From Dickeya dadantii NCPPB 898 (lineage in GTDB: Bacteria > Pseudomonadota > Gammaproteobacteria > Enterobacterales > Enterobacteriaceae): a stretch of 32,000 nt of DNA. The translations under genes were made by a program, and so were the position numbers. Where the stretch lies: assembly GCF_000406145.1 (NCBI RefSeq), contig NZ_CM001976.1, positions 2,012,161-2,044,160 of the forward strand. The letters are read 5' to 3'. Every line of letters begins with the position of its first letter. Position 1 is the first letter of the stretch. The notes below the pieces were generated by a model. That model ran no database searches. It saw nothing but the letters and a program-made list of their open reading frames with translations, and had not been told where the DNA came from. Below are positions 27,312 through 32,000 of this stretch, piece after piece.

Positions 27312-28079
27312 TCACTCATCTGGTGTGTCCATTTTCAGCAGATACTGATTGCATTCATCTACGCAGAGCCTCAGCGCTGTTTCAATTTCATTTCTGTGCG
27401 AATGAAACCTGTGGGTGGGAACCACTACGGATATGGCGAGATTAAGCCCACCCCAGATACGGAGTGGTAGGCCAATGGCGCATGAATCTACAGCATGCTC
27501 TTCTCTATCGTAGGCGAACCCACCAGCCCGAATAGCGTTAAGTTGTTTCACTAAGTCGTCGACATTGACCACTGAATTGGGCGTTATTCTTTCCAGCATG
27601 CCGGATCCATAGCGGTTATGAATTTCACGGTCGGAAAGGGTGGAAAGCAATGCTTTGCCGTTTGCCATTGTGTACGCGGGGTATCTGACCCGTATATCAG
27701 GTACGGCGCGGATACGCTGCTCAGAAAGAAAACGATCCATAAACAAAACGGATGTCCCATCTAGTGTTGATAAATCAACGGTCTCTTTTGTTCTTTCATA
27801 TAAGCGATAAAGTAAAGGGCGAAGGTTATGAGAGGGTTCTGGATTGGATATTTCCCCCAAACGTCTCAACCCCCAACCAGGGCGTACCCCTTTTGCTCCG
27901 GCCTGTACCAGGTGTTCACCTTCAAGCGCATCCACAATTCTCTGAACAGTGGATCTGGCAAGCCCCGTCAATGATGCAATCTGTCCCAGACTGAGGCCGT
28001 CAGGGCTCTCACAGATTTCACGTAAAATAGCCGCCGCTCGCGATATAACCTGGATACCGCCTCTCGATTTTTCAATCAT
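27312..28079 (-). CDS. IclR-family transcriptional regulator
   Basis: 255 aa. The N-terminal wHTH is VISRAAAILREICESPDGLSLGQIASLTGLARSTVQRIVDALEGEHLV and a C-terminal IclR effector-binding domain follows. GC is low, and the gene is divergent from the amidohydrolase gene. Confidence 0.9.
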   Translation of the reverse strand: MIEKSRGGIQVISRAAAILREICESPDGLSLGQIASLTGLARSTVQRIVDALEGEHLVQAGAKGVRPGWGLRRLGEISNPEPSHNLRPLLYRLYERTKETVDLSTLDGTSVLFMDRFLSEQRIRAVPDIRVRYPAYTMANGKALLSTLSDREIHNRYGSGMLERITPNSVVNVDDLVKQLNAIRAGGFAYDREEHAVDSCAIGLPLRIWGGLNLAISVVVPTHRFHSHRNEIETALRLCVDECNQYLLKMDTPDE

Positions 28080-28092
28080 AACAACCCACCCT

Positions 28093-28133
28093 GTATCATA
28101 TCGTGGTACAGTAACTGTATTGCATTGTGATAC
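28093..28133. promoter_or_regulatory. Nested 41-bp inverted repeat in the IclR/amidohydrolase divergent promoter (candidate IclR operator)
   Basis: GTATCA-N8-TACAG-taa-CTGTA-N8-TGATAC, fully symmetric in arms and spacers, read directly from the sequence. Confidence 0.45.
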
Positions 28134-28234
28134 ACTGCATGTGTTAAATACCAGTAATTATGCTTTTTAATCTACGCATGCTGGCATGCCGCTAGATTGC
28201 TTTTAACAAATTAAATTGTAAAGGATGCAATAGC

Positions 28235-29572
28235 ATGAAACTTAACTCTGCATTATGTCTCATAATGTCAATGAATTATTTATCGAATGTTGCCTATGCA
28301 TTTGATATCCAGAAGGCTAGCAAGGCGACAGATAGCTATCTCGATATCAATTATTCTCAACTGGATAACTTATACAAAGATATTCATCAAAATCCTGAAC
28401 TCGGGTATCAGGAAGTCAGAACGACTAAAATACTTGCTAATAATATGCGTAAGATTGGTTTTCAGGTGATGGATAATCTCGGCGGCACAGGATTTGTTGC
28501 TATATACAAAAATGGTGATGGGCCAACCGTAATGGTGAGAACTGAACTGGATGCGCTTCCCATGCAGGAAAAAACCGGTTTGCCGTACGCAAGTAAGGTA
28601 AAGCAGAAAGATCAAGATGGGAAAGAGACATATGTTGCGCACTCCTGCGGCCATGATATACACATGGCATCCTGGTTCGGGAGCGCCTCCGCACTGATTA
28701 ACATGAAGGATCAGTGGCAAGGAACCCTGATGTTTGTCGCCCAGCCGGCTGAGGAAAAAATTACTGGCGCAAGTGCAATGGTCAACGATGGTATTTTCAA
28801 AAAATTCGGCAAACCGGACTATGCATTCGCATTACATACTTCACCGATGGAATACGGACTTGTTTCCTTTAAGCCCGGAGTTCAGACCTCCAACGGCGAT
28901 TCATTCTCTATTACTTTTAAAGGAAAAGGCGGCCATGGTTCAATGCCGGAAAAAACCATCGATCCTATTTTGATTGCCGCAAGGTTCGTTACCGATGTAC
29001 AGACATTGATTAGTCGAGAAACCTCTCCTAACAAATTCGGCGTTGTAACTATTGGTGCATTTAATTCAGGGACATCCGGCAATATTATTCCTGATATGGC
29101 AAAAATACAGGGAACGCTGCGTACCTACGATGATAATGTACGTAAGAACTTAATTGATGGCATTGCCCGTTTTGCGAAAGCATCCGCGGATATGTCTAAG
29201 GCACCACTCCCGGAAATAATAATTGGTGAAAATAAGGTGGATTCAATTGTTAATGATAGTTCTCTATCAGAATCTACCGCTAAAGTGTTTAAGGAGCGAT
29301 TTGGCAACCATTTTACGGAAGCTAAAGAACCTAGCTCCGCCAGTGAAGATTTTTCTGTATTCGTCAATGCTGGAATTCCTGCCGTGTATTTTAATATTGG
29401 CATATATTCTCCAGAGCAGATTAAACAATGGGAGCGCGAAGGTGTTGAAATACCCAGCAACCATTCTCCTCTGTTTGCACCAGTGCCAGAGCCGACTATT
29501 CGCACGGGAGTTGAAGCCATGACGCTAGCTGTAATGAATGCTTTAGATAACAATGTCGGGAAAAAGTTATAA
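28235..29572 (+). CDS. M20D-family amidohydrolase (aminoacylase/hippurate hydrolase/ILR1-like), possibly exported
   Basis: 445 aa. ...VRTELDALPMQE...AHSCGHDIHMA...FVAQPAEE...GKGGHGSMPEKTIDPI... are signatures of the M20D aminoacylase family. The N-terminus MKLNSALCLIMSMNYLSNVAYA/FD looks like a Sec signal peptide. Spot GC is about 37%. Confidence 0.9.
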   Translation: MKLNSALCLIMSMNYLSNVAYAFDIQKASKATDSYLDINYSQLDNLYKDIHQNPELGYQEVRTTKILANNMRKIGFQVMDNLGGTGFVAIYKNGDGPTVMVRTELDALPMQEKTGLPYASKVKQKDQDGKETYVAHSCGHDIHMASWFGSASALINMKDQWQGTLMFVAQPAEEKITGASAMVNDGIFKKFGKPDYAFALHTSPMEYGLVSFKPGVQTSNGDSFSITFKGKGGHGSMPEKTIDPILIAARFVTDVQTLISRETSPNKFGVVTIGAFNSGTSGNIIPDMAKIQGTLRTYDDNVRKNLIDGIARFAKASADMSKAPLPEIIIGENKVDSIVNDSSLSESTAKVFKERFGNHFTEAKEPSSASEDFSVFVNAGIPAVYFNIGIYSPEQIKQWEREGVEIPSNHSPLFAPVPEPTIRTGVEAMTLAVMNALDNNVGKKL

Positions 29573-29721
29573 CAGCATTTATACCTCTTTGGGAATCCAC
29601 AGCCGGTAATTATTGCCGTCAGTTATCAGTAACAGCGAAGCGACAGCATGCTCTGTCTTGATTAGTGCCAGGCCATTCTTCGTGCATTTTTATTTGCCGG
29701 CGCCACCGCGCCGTGACAAGG

Positions 29722-30903
29722 TTAAACGTCGCGGATGCGCCACATGCAGACGGCGGCGCCGGCCAGCATGGCGATGGCGATAACAAAACCCGCATGATAA
29801 CTCCAGACTTCGGCCACGATGCCCGCCAGCGAGCCGGAGATAATCCAGCCTACGCGGGTGGTGTTGGTGAACAGCGTCGTGGCGGCGCCCGCCTGGCCCG
29901 GCATCAGATCCTGAAAATACAACATTCCCATCCCAGCCAGAATGCCGATGAAAATCGCGTTCAGCAATTGCAGCGCCAGCAGCGCCCACGAACCGTTCAG
30001 CAGCGTCAGCCCGGTATAAAAAATTAGTCCGGCGATCACCGCCAGCCGCATCAGCAGGCGCTTGCCTAACCGGCTGGTGAGGTAGCCGGCCAGCAGCATC
30101 ACCGGGATTTCCAACCCGGCGGCGGTGCCCATCATGACCCCGGCGAGTTTTTCTGGTAACCGCAATTCATTAACCAGATACAACGGCATATTGATCAGAT
30201 AGATGCCGTTGCAGGTCCACATCAGCGTGCAGGCGGTAAACAGCAATAGCGTGTCGCGCCGGTTCTGCCGGGGCGACTCCAGCGTCGCGGCGGATTTAAC
30301 CCGGGTTTTGGGCATTGACGGCAACAGCAGCCACACCAGCAGTCCGCACAGTACGAATACCACCGCCGCCGTCAGGTACATCGCCGGGAAACCGAAGCCC
30401 AGAGCCAGCGCGAAGGCGACCGGCGGCCCGATCACCCAGGACAGCGAAATCTGCGCCCGCATTACCGAACTGAACATGGCGGCGCCGCGGCCGGTGCGGT
30501 CGGCGTGTTCCCGCGCCAGCGCAAACAGTTGCGGGTTGGCGGTGGAGCCGAAACTCGACAGCAGTACGCCGATAAACAGCAGTACGAAATAGTTACGGTT
30601 CCAGGCATACAGCAGGCAGGCCAGCGCGCCCAACAGGCAGCACTGCAATATCAGCGTTTTGCGGTCGCCCTGACGATCGGAATAGGTCGCCAGAATCTGG
30701 CTGACGACGATGCCGATCACCGCGCTGCCGGTATAAAACAGCCCGACCATGAACGGGCGTACCTGTACTTCCATTGATAAAAACAGACTGAGCGTGGGGA
30801 GCTGCAGCGCACCGGCAATCCCGGTCAGAAAAGCAATCACCAGAAACGCCGAAGACGTCAGATCGGGCAGGCGTCGGGCCGTGCGGGCAGAAGAAATTGT
30901 CAT
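29722..30903 (-). CDS. setB: MFS sugar efflux transporter, SetB-like
   Basis: 393 aa. ...LTSSAFLVIAFLTGIAGALQLPTLSLFLS...WNRNYFVLLFIGVLLSSFGSTANPQLFALAREHADRTGR... is collinear with E. coli SetB. Its position next to fruB is also as in E. coli. Confidence 0.85.
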   Translation of the reverse strand: MTISSARTARRLPDLTSSAFLVIAFLTGIAGALQLPTLSLFLSMEVQVRPFMVGLFYTGSAVIGIVVSQILATYSDRQGDRKTLILQCCLLGALACLLYAWNRNYFVLLFIGVLLSSFGSTANPQLFALAREHADRTGRGAAMFSSVMRAQISLSWVIGPPVAFALALGFGFPAMYLTAAVVFVLCGLLVWLLLPSMPKTRVKSAATLESPRQNRRDTLLLFTACTLMWTCNGIYLINMPLYLVNELRLPEKLAGVMMGTAAGLEIPVMLLAGYLTSRLGKRLLMRLAVIAGLIFYTGLTLLNGSWALLALQLLNAIFIGILAGMGMLYFQDLMPGQAGAATTLFTNTTRVGWIISGSLAGIVAEVWSYHAGFVIAIAMLAGAAVCMWRIRDV

Positions 30904-31136
30904 GCTGAATTCAGGTTAAAAAAGAAGCAGGGAGAAAACTGAACGCGCTATCTTACGCTGATGGAGTAGAAACGAAAGTCCGTTTCAGTTTTTTTTCTTC
31001 AGCACCTATTCAGCATGTGTATGTCAAAGTGTTACGGATTCTGGTGTTTCGTGGTGAAAATGTGCGTGACCTCTAAGATCTGTCATTTTATCTATGCAGA
31101 ATGCTTGCATACATATAGTGAAAAACGCAGAATTTT

Positions 31137-31150
31137 TGAAACGTTTCAGC
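31137..31150. promoter_or_regulatory. Cra (FruR) operator, perfect palindrome
   Basis: TGAAACGTTTCAGC is the reverse complement of GCTGAAACGTTTCA, the sequence I recall for the E. coli fruB O1 operator. It lies 89 bp upstream of the fruB ATG. Confidence 0.7.
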
Positions 31151-31202
31151 GAGGTTTTGCTGAAACTACCCTGAGAGAGTCAGCAAATTTTTTCTCATAA
31201 AA

Positions 31203-31216
31203 GCTGAAACGATTCA
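31203..31216. promoter_or_regulatory. Second Cra (FruR) operator
   Basis: GCTGAAACGATTCA differs from the palindrome at one position and lies 23 bp upstream of the fruB ATG. A half-site, GCTGAAAC, is also present at 31159-31166. Confidence 0.6.
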
Positions 31217-31238
31217 AGTTCAGCAAGAGAGGAGCGTT

Positions 31239-32000
31239 ATGTTTCAGTTGTCACAGCACGACATTCATTTAGGTGCTTCCGCCGGCAGTAAAGAAGAGGC
31301 CATTCGTCAGGTGGCCGCCGCACTGACCGAGGCTGGTTGCGTGAGCGAGGGCTATGTCGAGGGGATGCTTCAGCGTGAGCTGCAGACCTCTACCTATCTC
31401 GGCAGCGGTATTGCCATTCCGCATGGCACCACCGATACGCGCGATCTGGTGCAGAAAACCGGTGTTCAGGTGTTCCAGTTCCCGCAGGGGATCGCATGGG
31501 GCGAAGACCAGACCGCGTATGTGGTGCTGGGGATTGCCGCCCGTTCCGACGAACATCTGGCGCTGCTGCGTCAACTGACCCACGTGCTGAGCGATGATCG
31601 CGTCGCGGCTCGTCTGGCCAGCACCACGTCAGCTGACGAACTGCGCGGGTTACTGATGGGCGAACAACTGGCGGGCGCGTTCCGTTTTGATACCTCGCTG
31701 ATTAGCCTGAATGTGGCGACCGACAACCTGATGACGCTGCAGGCGCTGAACGCCGGCCGTCTGCAACAGATTGGCGCGGTCGACGCCAGCTTTGTCAGCC
31801 ATGTGGTCGGCAACAAGCCGGCGTATCTGGGGCAGGGTATCTGGCTGAGCGATAGCCTGACCGGCAATCTGGTGAGCGCGCTGGCGGTGAGCCGCCCGGC
31901 GGAACCTTTCGCGGTGGATGGCGAAAGCGTAGGGCTGTTGCTGACGGTTTCGGCGGCGGATGAGCAGGTGTTCGCGCCGATGGATTACCTCAGCACACTG
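31239..32000 (+). CDS. fruB: Fructose PTS multiphosphoryl transfer protein FruB (EIIA-Fru / M / FPr), N-terminal 254 codons; continues beyond the right edge
   Basis: Absent from the track because no stop falls in the window. The ATG at 31239 follows [72 protein letters not shown]... is a PTS EIIA-2 domain with the active-site His context. Confidence 0.95.
   Translation, partial: MFQLSQHDIHLGASAGSKEEAIRQVAAALTEAGCVSEGYVEGMLQRELQTSTYLGSGIAIPHGTTDTRDLVQKTGVQVFQFPQGIAWGEDQTAYVVLGIAARSDEHLALLRQLTHVLSDDRVAARLASTTSADELRGLLMGEQLAGAFRFDTSLISLNVATDNLMTLQALNAGRLQQIGAVDASFVSHVVGNKPAYLGQGIWLSDSLTGNLVSALAVSRPAEPFAVDGESVGLLLTVSAADEQVFAPMDYLSTL

Noticed and set aside
30971-31000. GAAACG-aaagtc-CGTTTC hairpin followed by T8 on the plus strand (terminator or sRNA 3' end) in the setB-fruB spacer
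   Set aside because: The stem is only 6 bp and AU-rich, and nothing upstream on the plus strand needs terminating because setB is divergent. More likely it is an AT-rich promoter-region feature or a degenerate Cra half-site.

Overview
Chromosomal segment of a GC-rich member of the Enterobacterales. Spot counts on single 60-nt lines give about 55-68% GC in core genes. The protein sequences look Dickeya/Pectobacteriaceae- or Serratia-like, but the taxon cannot be resolved without a database search. Read right to left, the backbone follows the E. coli K-12 order as I recall it: fruB-setB-yeiW-yeiP(efpL)-yeiR-lpxT-mepS-yejABEF-yejG-bcr-rsuA-radD-rplY-ndpA-yejL-yejM-proL. rtn and yeiQ are absent. 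Four blocks interrupt that backbone. (1) An integrase-bearing P4/CP4-57/PICI-type island lies at the 3' end of tRNA-Pro(GGG), at 1-4511, and its left end is outside the window. (2) A LytS/LytTR two-component system plus a YhjX-like MFS transporter sits between ndpA and rplY. (3) A small YecH-like gene is translationally coupled to radD. (4) A low-GC islet between yeiW and setB carries an IclR regulator and an M20D amidohydrolase that may be exported. The best candidate for something undescribed is a strongly AT-rich 294-aa orphan gene (2051-2935) wedged between int and alpA. It has its own near-consensus sigma70 promoter with a very good LexA (SOS) box just upstream. I could not assign it a function from the sequence. 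The island also has a repressor-type promoter with two identical palindromic operators, a structured leader before an Icd-like gene, and five copies of an 8-bp motif around the int promoter. The rest of the window is ordinary housekeeping DNA. The many long antisense ORFs in the track are GC-driven shadow ORFs.
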